A stretch of 64,000 nucleotides of DNA from Acidobacteriaceae bacterium (GTDB lineage: Bacteria; Acidobacteriota; Terriglobia; Terriglobales; Acidobacteriaceae): NCBI GenBank assembly GCA_003139095.1, contig PLHW01000026.1:13602-77601 (forward strand), given 5' to 3'. A program made the translations under genes and the position numbers. How positions within the stretch are numbered: position 1 is the first letter of the stretch; each line of letters starts with the position of its first letter. Of this stretch, positions 19,202 to 28,820 are shown piece by piece. The notes beneath the pieces are model-generated. The model was not told the DNA's origin and made no database searches. It worked only from the letters and a program-made list of their open reading frames with translations.

Positions 19202-21304
19202 GTGAAGGTTTATGAAGGAGCCAATCTCCGCAACCTTGCCCTGATCGGGCACGGCCATGCGGGCAAGACAACCCTGGTATCGGCCATGCTTCAAACCGCC
19301 GGCGCCACGCAGCGTTTCGGGCACGTGGACGACGGCACCGCGACCACCGATTACGACGAAGAAGAAATTGCCCGCAAGATGTCGATTTCTACTGGCCTCG
19401 CCTGCGTGGAGTGGGGGAAGACCAAGCTCAACCTGCTGGATACGCCGGGTTTCAACATGTTCGTCCACGAAGTGAAGATGGTGCTGCCGGTCGTGGATGC
19501 GGCGCTGGTGGTGGTGGACGGCGTGGCGGGCGTGGAAGTGGTGACCGAGCGCGTTTGGGGATACTGCGAAGAGATCAGCCTGCCGCGCATGATCGTGGTC
19601 AACCGCATGGACCGTGAGCGCGCCGATGCGACGCGCGTTCTCGAGTCGCTGATAAAGGCGTTTGGGCGCGCGGTTACGCCGCTCCAGTTGCCGATTGGGA
19701 GCGAGAAAAGTCTCTCCGGAATCGTGGACCTGGTGCGGATGAAGGCATACACGTACGAGATGGGCGGCAGCGGCAAGGGCAAAGAGGGACCGATTCCCGC
19801 CAACATGGCCGATGCCGCGAAGGAAGCGCACGAAAAGCTGGTTGAACTCGTCGCCGAAGGCAAAGACGAGCTGATGGAAAAGTACTTCGAGCAGGGAACG
19901 ATTCCGGAAGAAGACCTTGTGCCCGCGCTGCACGAGGCGATTCGCGAGGACAAACTTTTCCCGGTGCTGTTTACCTCGGGGCTCGGCAACATTGGCGTCG
20001 ACGAGTTAATGGATTTCATTGTCGACTACACGCCGGCGGCGAGCGAGCACCACGCGGTCACGGGACAGCCGGACAGCAATGGAACTCCGGCCGCACGCAA
20101 GATAACGGATAACGAACCGGCTTCGGTATTTGTGTTCAAGACCGTGTCAGATGCCTTTGCCGGGCGCATTTCGTACTTTAAGGTTTTTTCCGGCGTTTTG
20201 AAAAACGACGGCACGCTGCAAAATTTCAATCGCAATACGGCGGAAAAATTCGCCCACATCTGGGTGATGCAGGGCAAGCAGACGATTCCGATTCAGGAGT
20301 TACATGCGGGCGATATTGGCGCGGTGGCGAAGCTGAAGGAGACGTTGACCGGCGACACGCTGGGAGACAAGAGCGCGCCGATCCAGTATCCAGCGGTCAA
20401 GCTGCCCGATCCGGCGATCACATTCGCGATTGAGCCGAAGACGCGCTCCGACGAGGACAAGCTTGGCGTGGGATTGCACAAGCTGATGGAAGAAGATGCG
20501 ATGCTGCGGTTTTTCCGCGATCCGCAGACGAAGGAATTTTTGATTGCCGGAACGGGACAGCAGCACATTGAAGTTGTCGTCTCGAAGATGAAAAAGCGGT
20601 ACCACGCGGAAGTTGTGCTGAAGGCGCCGAAAGTGCCGTATCGCGAGACCATTCGCGGCAAGGCCGATGTGCAGGGGAGACACAAGAAACAGACGGGCGG
20701 ACACGGCCAGTATGGCGATTGCAAGATCAAGGTGGAGCCGCTGCCGCGCGGCGGAGACTTTGAATTCGTCAACGACATTTTTGGCGGAGCGATTCCGAAG
20801 AACTATATTGCGCCGGTCGAAAAAGGGATTAAGGACGCCGCCGTGCGCGGATATCTTGCCGGATTTCCGATGGTCGATTTCAGAGTCATACTGTACGACG
20901 GCTCGTATCACGACGTCGATTCCAACGATCTGTCATTCCAGATGGCGGGGCGCATCGCGTTCAAGAAGGCGATGGAGGTGGCCAAGCCGACGCTGCTGGA
21001 GCCGATCATGAATGTCGAAATCACCGTGCCGGACGAATTCGCGGGAACGATCATGGGCGATTTGAACAGCCGGCGCGGGCGCATTCAGGGCATGGACAAC
21101 AAGGGCGGCAACACGATTGTGAAAGCCGAAGCTCCGATGGCGGAGATGCTGACGTATGGCGCGGATTTGACCTCGATGACCCAGGGCCGCGGCAGCTTTA
21201 ACATGGAAATGCACCACTACGACATCGTGCCCGCGCAGTTGCAGGAGAAGATCATCGAGAAGGCGAAGGCTGAACGCGGCGAGGTGAAGGAGGAGGAAGA
21301 ATAA
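19202..21304 (+). CDS. elongation factor G paralogue (EF-G2-like GTPase)
   Basis: Trimmed to the GTG at 19202, preceded by GAAGGAGA. G1 LALIGHGHAGKTTL (not the canonical AHIDAGKTT), DTPGF, NRMD, and EF-G domains III-V (..HKKQTGGHGQYGD..). Confidence 0.9.
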   Translation: MKVYEGANLRNLALIGHGHAGKTTLVSAMLQTAGATQRFGHVDDGTATTDYDEEEIARKMSISTGLACVEWGKTKLNLLDTPGFNMFVHEVKMVLPVVDAALVVVDGVAGVEVVTERVWGYCEEISLPRMIVVNRMDRERADATRVLESLIKAFGRAVTPLQLPIGSEKSLSGIVDLVRMKAYTYEMGGSGKGKEGPIPANMADAAKEAHEKLVELVAEGKDELMEKYFEQGTIPEEDLVPALHEAIREDKLFPVLFTSGLGNIGVDELMDFIVDYTPAASEHHAVTGQPDSNGTPAARKITDNEPASVFVFKTVSDAFAGRISYFKVFSGVLKNDGTLQNFNRNTAEKFAHIWVMQGKQTIPIQELHAGDIGAVAKLKETLTGDTLGDKSAPIQYPAVKLPDPAITFAIEPKTRSDEDKLGVGLHKLMEEDAMLRFFRDPQTKEFLIAGTGQQHIEVVVSKMKKRYHAEVVLKAPKVPYRETIRGKADVQGRHKKQTGGHGQYGDCKIKVEPLPRGGDFEFVNDIFGGAIPKNYIAPVEKGIKDAAVRGYLAGFPMVDFRVILYDGSYHDVDSNDLSFQMAGRIAFKKAMEVAKPTLLEPIMNVEITVPDEFAGTIMGDLNSRRGRIQGMDNKGGNTIVKAEAPMAEMLTYGADLTSMTQGRGSFNMEMHHYDIVPAQLQEKIIEKAKAERGEVKEEEE

Positions 21305-21329
21305 GGAAGACATCGGGAAAACGCATGGG

Positions 21330-21358
21330 GGCGGCCGTCCGGGCCGCCTTTTGTTTTT
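21330..21358 (+). terminator. Rho-independent terminator
   Basis: GGCGGCC (21330-21336) / GGCCGCC (21342-21348) with a 5-nt loop, then TTTTGTTTTT. Confidence 0.8.
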
Positions 21359-21445
21359 GGATGGCTGTCGAGGATTGCCGAGGGCTAGCGAGGTGCGTTT
21401 GCACGCCGTGGCTACTTGGGTCTGCCGGTTCAAAGGTCCCAACCA

Positions 21446-21868
21446 TCAGCTTTTCAGGCCTTCCGCTCGTGCCAGCTTGGCTTGGCGGTCGTCGAAGGTC
21501 CAGAAGCGGTCGGCTTTGAGTTCCAGGGCGCAGGCTACGTGGAGGCTGTCGAGGGCGCGGACGCCGAGCTTGGGGCCGTAGCGGCGGGCCAGGTCCGCGC
21601 AGACATCGAATGCGTGCTCGGGCATTGCGGAGGCGAGCCACAGTCCACCCTTGCGATCATTTTCAAATGTGAGGTCGATCCGCTGCGCGTCCGCGGCCGA
21701 CATTTGTCCTCGAAAGACCTGCCCTGCGAGCGCGTGCGCCCACTCAGCGAGGATGAATGGTGTCACATGAATGTGGGGCCGCTGGCGCAGAAGTATGTCG
21801 GCAGGAGCCGAGTGCTGGCTTTGAACATAGATCGATACGATGAAGCTGGAGTCGGCGTAAACGATCAA
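21446..21868 (-). CDS. vapC: PIN-domain toxin VapC
   Basis: MIVYADSSFIV.. (first acidic residue), ..LDSLHVACAL.., ..FWTFDDRQ.. 140 aa. Its start overlaps the stop of the upstream antitoxin by 4 nt. Confidence 0.85.
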   Translation of the reverse strand: MIVYADSSFIVSIYVQSQHSAPADILLRQRPHIHVTPFILAEWAHALAGQVFRGQMSAADAQRIDLTFENDRKGGLWLASAMPEHAFDVCADLARRYGPKLGVRALDSLHVACALELKADRFWTFDDRQAKLARAEGLKS

Positions 21869-22104
21869 TAGCGGCCCCGGTCATTGATCAGATCTTCTAC
21901 TATCGGTAAAAGGCGGTCGCCAAAAATCTCCCTGCGGCGCGCGGCGAAATCGGGATATTGGACGGGCCGCTTCTGCTCTTCGTTTTCGGGAACGATGCGG
22001 GCGATGAGCGTGTCGCGTTCGCGGAGTTCTACCGTTTTTCCGGCGCGCAGCCAGGCCTTGAGTTTTTTGGTGTCGCGGAGCTGTCGCATGTTGACGGATG
22101 GCAT
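21865..22104 (-). CDS. vapB: antitoxin (VapB/Phd-like)
   Basis: MPSVNMRQLRDTKKLKAWLRAGKTVELRERDTLIARIVP.. The track start at 22122 lies inside the operator palindrome, so the ATG at 22104 is preferred. That ATG coincides with the predicted transcription start, suggesting a leaderless transcript. Confidence 0.7.
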   Translation of the reverse strand: MPSVNMRQLRDTKKLKAWLRAGKTVELRERDTLIARIVPENEEQKRPVQYPDFAARRREIFGDRLLPIVEDLINDRGRY

Positions 22105-22110
22105 GAGCAA

Positions 22111-22140
22111 ATTGTGACACATAATGTGTCACATCGTCAA
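22111..22140 (-). promoter_or_regulatory. vapBC promoter with embedded palindromic operator
   Basis: On the minus strand: TTGACG (22140-22135), 18-nt spacer, CACAAT (22116-22111). The spacer is filled by the perfect palindrome TGTGACACAT-A-ATGTGTCACA (22113-22133). Confidence 0.55.
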
Positions 22141-22227
22141 TTCCCCCCGGGCATAGATGTCCGCGCAAAATCACTTCCGATAGGCCCTCGGTTGGCGTAC
22201 CATCGGTGGTTGCAAAAAGGGGGCCTT

Positions 22228-23169
22228 ATGCGCAGAGGGAAGTCCTCCATTCCTGGCCGATTCTGGTTCGCGGCATTTCTTATTCTATTTTTCTCGCTCA
22301 CCGCCGTGGCTCAGCAGGCAAAAACCGTGGTCCTCGAACTGGACCACACGTCGATTTGCGGCGCTAACCTTGACCCGTTGCGCCAGGCGTTGACCGACGT
22401 CGGGCTCACCCCAGACTTCGGCGGCCCGCATGGCAATGGCGTCACGCACATGGCGGCCGTCGGTTTTGAAGACGGCACCTACCTCGAGCTGATTGCGCCT
22501 GTGAAGCCGGGAGTGACGACCGGGTCGGAATGGTCGAAGTTCATGGGAGAAGACGCGGTGACTTGCGCCTGGGCGGTCGGGACGAACGTGCTGCTGCAGG
22601 AAGTGGATCGGCTGAAGAAGGCCGGCATCGCGGTGACTGAACCCACGAGGGGCAGCCGCAAGCGGCCGGACGGCATGTCGGTCGAGTGGATGCGGGACGA
22701 CGTCGGCTCGGGCACGCCCGGCTCAGTGCTTCCCTTCCTCATTGAGGACCAGACGCCGCGGGCATGGCGCGTACAGACCTCAGCGAGCGCGCAAGGAGCG
22801 CCGGTTTCGGGCGTGGAGAATGTGGTCATCGGAGTGAGCAATCTGGACTCGGCCATCGCGCTTTTCCGCAAGGCCTACGGCTGGAGCGAACCGATCACCG
22901 AGTCGCAAAAAGATTGGGGCAAGATGGCGTACTTTCCCGGCGAGCCGGTCATTCTGGTGGCGCCGAACGGCGGATGGGTGTCGGACCACGTTGCCAAATT
23001 CGGAGAATCGCCGGTTGCCATTCTGCTCGCCGCGCGCGATTTCCCGGCCGCGGTGAAAAAGTACAAGCTCTCCGGCTCGAAGACGTGGTTCGGGCAGAAG
23101 GTGGCGTGGTTCGATGCGGGAAAGCTGAAGGGCGTGCGGCTGGGGGTGATTGGGAGCGACCCGAGGTAG
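22228..23169 (+). CDS. secreted glyoxalase-like / VOC-family domain protein
   Basis: Trimmed to the ATG at 22228. Signal peptide FWFAAFLILFFSLTAVAQQ. LELDHTSICG..GVTHMAAVGFEDGTYLELIAP resembles Glyoxalase_3-type domains. Confidence 0.65.
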   Translation: MRRGKSSIPGRFWFAAFLILFFSLTAVAQQAKTVVLELDHTSICGANLDPLRQALTDVGLTPDFGGPHGNGVTHMAAVGFEDGTYLELIAPVKPGVTTGSEWSKFMGEDAVTCAWAVGTNVLLQEVDRLKKAGIAVTEPTRGSRKRPDGMSVEWMRDDVGSGTPGSVLPFLIEDQTPRAWRVQTSASAQGAPVSGVENVVIGVSNLDSAIALFRKAYGWSEPITESQKDWGKMAYFPGEPVILVAPNGGWVSDHVAKFGESPVAILLAARDFPAAVKKYKLSGSKTWFGQKVAWFDAGKLKGVRLGVIGSDPR

Positions 23170-23745
23170 GTGTTGACGCTTCTATATAAGTATCTTTTTC
23201 CAGCGATGTGGCTTGGTTACCTGGCCTATTGGCGGGCCATGTCGACGAAGGTCAAACCTACGGAGCGCCGCGAGCCAGCGCCGTCGCGGATTACACGCCT
23301 GGCTTTGATGATATGCGCGATCGCGCTTCTCGCGCTCAAAAGCGTCCCGCTGCCGTTCCTGAACGTTCGATTTCTTCCTGTGAATGACTTGTGGTTCTGG
23401 GTGGGCGCGGCAATAACCGCCATTGGTCTGCTTTTTTCGGTCTGGGCACGACATCATCTCGGCGACAACTGGAGCCAGGCTGTCACCGTAAAGGCCGGTC
23501 ACGAACTGATTCAGAGCGGCCCCTACGCCTTGGTGCGCCATCCGATTTATACCGGGCTTGTGCTGGCATTTGTGGGCTCGGCCGTGGCCCGAGGCGAATG
23601 GCGCGGCCTGCTCGCAGTGGTCCTCATTTTTGTCGCGCTATGGAGCAAATTACGACTCGAGGAAAAATGGATGCGGGCGCAATTCGGCGAGTCGTATGAA
23701 GCCTACTCTCGGCGGGTCTCGGCGTTGGTTCCGGGTATTCTGTAG
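23170..23745 (+). CDS. isoprenylcysteine carboxyl methyltransferase (ICMT/PEMT) family membrane protein
   Basis: GTG directly after the preceding TAG. Multi-TM. Signature ..LIQSGPYALVRHPIYTGLVL...EEKWMRAQFGESYEAYSRRV. Confidence 0.8.
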   Translation: MLTLLYKYLFPAMWLGYLAYWRAMSTKVKPTERREPAPSRITRLALMICAIALLALKSVPLPFLNVRFLPVNDLWFWVGAAITAIGLLFSVWARHHLGDNWSQAVTVKAGHELIQSGPYALVRHPIYTGLVLAFVGSAVARGEWRGLLAVVLIFVALWSKLRLEEKWMRAQFGESYEAYSRRVSALVPGIL

Positions 23746-23787
23746 AGCCGCTCGTGGTGCGCTCTTTGCCAACTAGCAACCGGGAAC

Positions 23788-24855
23788 TTGGAACTGCTAC
23801 CATCGCTTGCAGTGTCCGCCGCGAAAGAAAATTACGAATTGAAAGACCGCCTCGTTTCCGCGGCGCCGGTCGAGGATGATTCTTCCTTTGAGCTCAAGCT
23901 GCGCCCGCAGCGGCTGGCGGAGTTCATCGGGCAGACGAAGGTCAAGGAAAATCTCGGCATTGCGATTGAGGCGGCCAAATCGCGCGGCGAGGCGCTGGAT
24001 CATGTTCTGCTGTACGGGCCACCCGGCCTTGGCAAGACCACGCTGGCCAACATTATTGCCAATGAATTAGCGGTCGCGTTCCAGCAAACCTCCGGGCCTA
24101 CGCTGCAAATCAAGGGCGATCTAACCGCGATCCTGACCAACCTGCGAGACCGGCAGGTGCTGTTCATCGACGAGGTGCACCGGTTGCAGCCGGCGCTTGA
24201 AGAAATTCTTTATTCGGCGCTTGAAGACTACAAGCTTGACATCATGATCGGGCAGGGCCCATCGGCGCGCACGCATACCATGGATGTGAAGCCGTTCACG
24301 TTTGTGGGCGCAACTACGCGGGCAGGGCTGCTGACGGCGCCGCTGCGTTCGCGGTTCGGGCTGCTGTTGCGGCTCGAGTTTTACACGCACGACGATCTGC
24401 GGATTATTCTGGAGCGTTCGGCGGAAATTCTGGGCGTGAAGATTGATCGCGAAGGCGCTACCGAAATTGCGGGCCGTTCTCGCGGCACTCCCCGAATCGC
24501 GAATCGCCTGCTGCGGCGGGTGCGCGACTATGCGCAAGTGCGCGCGGCGGGGTACATCGATCAGGCAACGGCCCAGGCGGCGCTGAAGATGCTCGAAGTC
24601 GATCAGCATGGGTTCGACGAGATTGACCGCAAGCTGCTGCTGACGATCATCGAAAAATACCAGGGCGGGCCGGTGGGCGTGAACACGCTGGCCGCCGCGT
24701 TGGCCGAGGAACCCGAAGCCATCGAAGAAATCTACGAACCGTTTCTAATGCAGATCGGCTTTCTGAATCGCACGCCGCGCGGGCGCGTCGCAACGCAACT
24801 GGCGTACGAGCATTTCGGAATTACGCCGAATCGGCGGCAGAGTTCGTTATTTTGA
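23788..24855 (+). CDS. ruvB: Holliday junction branch migration helicase RuvB
   Basis: [12 protein letters not shown].., Walker [15 protein letters not shown], Walker [11 protein letters not shown], ..[18 protein letters not shown].. TTG start. Confidence 0.95.
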   Translation: MELLPSLAVSAAKENYELKDRLVSAAPVEDDSSFELKLRPQRLAEFIGQTKVKENLGIAIEAAKSRGEALDHVLLYGPPGLGKTTLANIIANELAVAFQQTSGPTLQIKGDLTAILTNLRDRQVLFIDEVHRLQPALEEILYSALEDYKLDIMIGQGPSARTHTMDVKPFTFVGATTRAGLLTAPLRSRFGLLLRLEFYTHDDLRIILERSAEILGVKIDREGATEIAGRSRGTPRIANRLLRRVRDYAQVRAAGYIDQATAQAALKMLEVDQHGFDEIDRKLLLTIIEKYQGGPVGVNTLAAALAEEPEAIEEIYEPFLMQIGFLNRTPRGRVATQLAYEHFGITPNRRQSSLF

Positions 24856-24892
24856 GTTTCGGGTTTTAATTTTTGAACCGGAGGAGGCGCTC

Positions 24893-25276
24893 ATGCGCGA
24901 AGTGGTCGAAACGGAGCACGCACCCGCGGCCATTGGCCCCTACTCGCAGGCAATTCGAGCGGGAGGATTTGTTTTTACTTCCGGGCAGATCGCGATCGAT
25001 CCCGCGACGCAGCAGGTGATTGCCGGAGACGTGGCAGCCCAGACCGTGCGCGTGCTGGAAAACCTGTCGGCGATCCTGGAGGCCGCCGGCACCAGCATGG
25101 ACAAAGTTGTGCGCTGCACGGTCTTTCTCAAGGACATGGGAGATTTCAAGGCGATGAACGAGGTTTACGGAAAATACTTTAACGAAGCTCCGCCGGCGCG
25201 TTCGACGGTTGAGGTGGCGCGCCTGCCGAAGGATGTGCTGGTGGAAATTGACGTAGTGGCGTTAACGCGCGAGTGA
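24893..25276 (+). CDS. ridA: RidA/YjgF family reactive-intermediate deaminase
   Basis: 127 aa. [44 protein letters not shown]. Confidence 0.9.
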   Translation: MREVVETEHAPAAIGPYSQAIRAGGFVFTSGQIAIDPATQQVIAGDVAAQTVRVLENLSAILEAAGTSMDKVVRCTVFLKDMGDFKAMNEVYGKYFNEAPPARSTVEVARLPKDVLVEIDVVALTRE

Positions 25277-25310
25277 AGCTTTTATCTCCGGCAAATACGA
25301 AAGGAAAGCT

Positions 25311-25763
25311 ATGAAGACAATTGCTCTGATGGTTACCGTTTTCGTCCTGATCGTTTCTGGCGTTGCTCAAACTGCTCCGGCAAAGAAGTCGGCGGGAGGG
25401 CCTACGAAGGTTACAGGCACTCCCACTAAAACCGCCAGCGGTCTCGAGTACTGGGACATCAAGGCGGGCACGGGCGCGGTGGCGCAGGCCGGTCACAAGG
25501 TGAAGGTTGACTACACGGGCTGGCTCACCGACGGAAAGAAGTTTGACAGTTCTGTCGGGACGGGACGTCCCTTTGAATTCATGCTGGGCGCGGGGCAGGT
25601 GATCAAGGGATGGGACGAGGGCGTGGCCGGAATGAAGGTCGGCGGCAAGCGGCAACTGCGTATTCCTCCGGACCTTGCCTATGGAGAGAAGGGCGTGGGC
25701 AACGGGTTGATTCCGCCCAATTCCACGCTGATCTTCGATGTAGAGCTGCTCGACGTGAAATAG
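25311..25763 (+). CDS. secreted FKBP-type peptidyl-prolyl cis-trans isomerase
   Basis: Signal peptide, then [68 protein letters not shown]. Confidence 0.9.
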   Translation: MKTIALMVTVFVLIVSGVAQTAPAKKSAGGPTKVTGTPTKTASGLEYWDIKAGTGAVAQAGHKVKVDYTGWLTDGKKFDSSVGTGRPFEFMLGAGQVIKGWDEGVAGMKVGGKRQLRIPPDLAYGEKGVGNGLIPPNSTLIFDVELLDVK

Positions 25764-25803
25764 GCTCGGCCCTGAGAGAGACAGTTCAGGAGCAAAGAGC
25801 TTC

Positions 25804-25847
25804 GGCCGGGTCAGCGCAATGGCAGTGCGTTCCCGGCCTTTTCTTTG
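25804..25847 (+). terminator. Rho-independent terminator
   Basis: GGCCGGG (25804-25810) / CCCGGCC (25832-25838), a loop with internal pairing, then TTTTCTTT. Confidence 0.65.
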
Positions 25848-25923
25848 CCTAAGTTGAGCCCTCATCTAAGAGCGGGACGCTAAGTCGTTTATGGACAACA
25901 GAGTTTTCCGTGGTTGACTAACT

Positions 25924-25951
25924 CGGGCCAGGGAGTACACTTCCGTCGAAA
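25924..25951 (+). promoter_or_regulatory. candidate sigma-70 promoter
   Basis: TTGACT (25924-25929), 16-nt spacer, TACACT (25946-25951), just upstream of the ATG at 25966. Confidence 0.35.
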
Positions 25952-25965
25952 GCGCCGGAGGCATT

Positions 25966-27603
25966 ATGCGATCCCTTCGCTCCGTCTACCTGCCCACGAT
26001 CCTGCTCCTTGCAACCCTTTTGCAAATCACTTCTTCGCTGCATGGCCAAAGCTTGCTGTCCGATACCAGGGTTGCGGCGAAGGACGCGGTCGCTCTTCCA
26101 GAAAGCCAATCGATTGCATGGCATGGCCCAGTGAATTTTGGAAACGTCAACGTCTGTCCCGCGGGTCAGCAGTCCCCCAAGCCATGTAGCGATACTGCAA
26201 AAGTGAAATATAGCGTTACGGCTAAAACGACCTTTGGGCCCGTCCTGGTTGTCACGCAAGGACAACCCAATCTCGATTTCAATCTCAAGTCGACAACTTG
26301 CACCGGGACGATTTCGGCAGGAAGTTCTTGCACGGTAATCGTCAATTTCAGGCCTTTGAGCGCCGGCGTACGCCTGGGCGGAATCCAGCTTACGGACTCG
26401 TCGGGCAACGTGCTCACTTCGACTTACATTTACGGCAACGGCCAAGGGCCGGCGCCCGCGTTCAATCCCGGGGTTCAGACTGAGATCCCCGTCAGCGGAT
26501 ACACCGGAGACGCGATGGCGGTGGACACAGCCGGCAATGTGTATTTCGCGGTCGGGGGCAACAGCATCGCGAAATTTAATATCGTCACCGGACTTCAGAC
26601 GATCGTCGCCACGGGCGTGCCGACCGCTCAATACGTGATGGGCATGACCGTGGATGGAATAGGCGACATCTTCGTCTCGGGTAACGGCGTGACGGAAATA
26701 GCGGCCGTGTCGGGAATCCAAACGGGAATTGAAAAGGACCTGAATGCGAGCGCGGGTATCGCCGTCGACGGAAAAGGGAACCTTTACGTAGGCGACGACT
26801 GGGACACATGGGGGCACCATCAATTCGGATGGCCTCGTCTGACCGAGATATCTGCGCGCACCGGAAAAGAGCAGACGTTGTTGAGCGGCTACGTAGCTGA
26901 TCAGGGAAATCCATTCATCAATTTTCCGTTTGGCGTAGCGGTGGACGGAGCAACCAATGCTTATATCGCCTGTCTCAATTTCGGACCCGTTTTTGAATCG
27001 CTGGCGAATACGCCACCGGAGTCAGGCGGGGGAGTGATTGCGAGCCGGCAGTACACAACCGTCGGCAACTTCGGCAGTCCTTCGGCAGTAACGGTGGATG
27101 CGGCGGGTGATGTTTTCGTCGTGAATGGCGGCATTTACGAAGTGCAGGCTGGTACTGGCATCGAGACGATGCTGGTGGACTGGCCGTTCGAGGTTCAGAT
27201 GGCGTTAGACGCGGCCAGCGATCTGTTCTTTCCAGATCAGAGCGGCGATGGGATGTTGGAATTCGAAGGATTGGTACCTGCGATTTTGGATTTTGGATCT
27301 GTGCCTGTGGGGACAACCAGCGCTCCCCAGTCGATCACCATTCAGAATATCGGCAACCAATCGCTGAATGCGGTCTCCCCTGGATTGACCATCTCGGCGC
27401 CATTTGCCCAGGTGCGGGGCTCGGGTCCGTTTGCGGATTGCACGCCGAATTTCTCCCTCGCGCCGGGAGCAGCTTGCAATCTCAGCATCGTTTTCGCACC
27501 GAAGGCAAAAGGTACGGTAACCGGGACGGCTACATTTACCGACAATGCGCTCAATAACTCGCAGGCAAGTCAGACCGTTACGCTTCAGGGCACGGGAACG
27601 TAG
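25966..27603 (+). CDS. secreted beta-propeller (NHL-like blades) flanked by Ig-like domains
   Basis: Signal peptide. Repeated blade motifs (VDTAGNVYFA, VDGIGDIFVS, VDGKGNLYVGD, VDGATNAYIA, VDAAGDVFVVN). N- and C-terminal ~100-aa beta modules of the type LDFG.V.VG....Q.ITI.N.G...L. Confidence 0.7.
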   Translation: MRSLRSVYLPTILLLATLLQITSSLHGQSLLSDTRVAAKDAVALPESQSIAWHGPVNFGNVNVCPAGQQSPKPCSDTAKVKYSVTAKTTFGPVLVVTQGQPNLDFNLKSTTCTGTISAGSSCTVIVNFRPLSAGVRLGGIQLTDSSGNVLTSTYIYGNGQGPAPAFNPGVQTEIPVSGYTGDAMAVDTAGNVYFAVGGNSIAKFNIVTGLQTIVATGVPTAQYVMGMTVDGIGDIFVSGNGVTEIAAVSGIQTGIEKDLNASAGIAVDGKGNLYVGDDWDTWGHHQFGWPRLTEISARTGKEQTLLSGYVADQGNPFINFPFGVAVDGATNAYIACLNFGPVFESLANTPPESGGGVIASRQYTTVGNFGSPSAVTVDAAGDVFVVNGGIYEVQAGTGIETMLVDWPFEVQMALDAASDLFFPDQSGDGMLEFEGLVPAILDFGSVPVGTTSAPQSITIQNIGNQSLNAVSPGLTISAPFAQVRGSGPFADCTPNFSLAPGAACNLSIVFAPKAKGTVTGTATFTDNALNNSQASQTVTLQGTGT

Positions 27604-27731
27604 TGAAATAAAGCGGGGAACTTCATCCCGGAAAATAGTTCGACGTTCGACGTCTGGCGCGCTCATGCTAAGGGCGAAGAAGTGCTTCCCTGCCCCACGA
27701 GGCAACGCTAAAACCTCAAGCTGGAGAGCTT

Positions 27732-27920
27732 CTAGGCTTTGACGACTTTGCCGCTGCGCAGGCAGGAGGTGCAGACGCGCATATGCTTCGTCGCGGCCCC
27801 CACTTTGGCATGGACCGGGCGCAGATTGACGTTCCAGCGCCGTTTGCTCACGTTGTGGGCGTGACTGATGGTGTTACCGAATTGCGGCCCCTTGCCGCAG
27901 ATATCACATACTCGTGCCAT
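27732..27920 (-). CDS. rpmB: 50S ribosomal protein L28
   Basis: MARVCDICGKGPQFGNTISHAHNVSKRRWNVNLRPV.., 62 aa. Confidence 0.95.
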   Translation of the reverse strand: MARVCDICGKGPQFGNTISHAHNVSKRRWNVNLRPVHAKVGAATKHMRVCTSCLRSGKVVKA

Positions 27921-28087
27921 GACTCAGAAATCCTTCCCAGGCTGATGCCGAAACTTTGAGTTTACCGGAATTTGCGGGATTTTGCTACACACGTTGGCCC
28001 GCTCGGCTTCGAGACCCCAAAATTCTCGAGGGAGTGAAGACTGGCTTGGTCTTCCATCCTCATAACCCGCCATTGTCACCAACAGCA

Positions 28088-28129
28088 CGAAAAAGAAAGG
28101 CCCATGGGATCGCGATCCGCGTGGGCCTT
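28088..28129 (-). terminator. Rho-independent terminator of mscL
   Basis: AAGGCCCA (28097-28104) / TGGGCCTT (28122-28129) with inner GGATCG/CGATCC pairing. On the minus strand the stem is followed by TCTTTTTCG. Confidence 0.75.
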
Positions 28130-28159
28130 GGTCGTGTAGCGGGCCGTTGCGCCGACATT

Positions 28160-28576
28160 TCAGGCGGCTTTGCCCATCACCGGTTGGGCGCATTGCGCGC
28201 AGCGGCGAGCGTCGATCGGAATCTCGCTTAGGCATTCGGGACACTTCTTGGTGGTCGGATCGGCCGGGGCCGGATCTTTCCGGGTACGGGCAATCAACGC
28301 GTTGATCGGAGTCACCACGAAGAAATAAACGGTTGCGGCGACCAGAATAAAACTCACAAGGGCGGTAATAAAATCCCCGATGGGAAACACCGTGCTGCCG
28401 ATGGTGAATGATATCCCGGTAAAATCCGGCTTGCCCGCAACAAGTGCAATCAGGGGGTTAATCAGGTCCTTGACGAGCGCGGTCACGACCGTGCCGAAGG
28501 ATACGCCGATCACCACGCCCACTGCGAGATCGACGACATTGCCGCGAAGAATGAACTGCTTGAATCCAGATAACAC
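28160..28576 (-). CDS. mscL: large-conductance mechanosensitive channel MscL with a C-terminal zinc-ribbon extension
   Basis: MLSGFKQFILRGNVVDLAVGVVIGVSFG..LINPLI.. is the MscL core. The extra tail is KKCPECLSEIPIDARRCAQC. Confidence 0.9.
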   Translation of the reverse strand: MLSGFKQFILRGNVVDLAVGVVIGVSFGTVVTALVKDLINPLIALVAGKPDFTGISFTIGSTVFPIGDFITALVSFILVAATVYFFVVTPINALIARTRKDPAPADPTTKKCPECLSEIPIDARRCAQCAQPVMGKAA

Positions 28577-28605
28577 TTAAAACCTCCAAGATTAGAATGG
28601 CCGCC

Positions 28606-28634
28606 AATGTAAATGGAGAGCGGCGTTTGGTCAA
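28606..28634 (-). promoter_or_regulatory. candidate sigma-70 promoter of mscL
   Basis: On the minus strand: TTGACC (28634-28629), 17-nt spacer, TACATT (28611-28606). SD GGAGG lies before the start at 28576. Confidence 0.45.
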
Positions 28635-28730
28635 GCAGATTGGCGCTTTGGCACGCCCGGAGACGGGAGGTTTCGCACGCGGCGAGGTGGCCTAAATCGC
28701 CTCCGGCCGCCGAATCCAGGCCACTCCCAC

Positions 28731-28764
28731 GCAAAAAAGAGGGGGACGCAAGCTTCTGCGTCCC
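28731..28764 (-). terminator. Rho-independent terminator
   Basis: GGGACGCA (28743-28750) / TGCGTCCC (28757-28764) with a 6-nt loop. On the minus strand it is followed by CCTCTTTTTTGCG. Confidence 0.8.
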
Positions 28765-28820
28765 ACCTGGGAAGAGAGACCTCGTTTGGGCATCCGGCGA
28801 AAACCGAAGGCCGCAATGTT

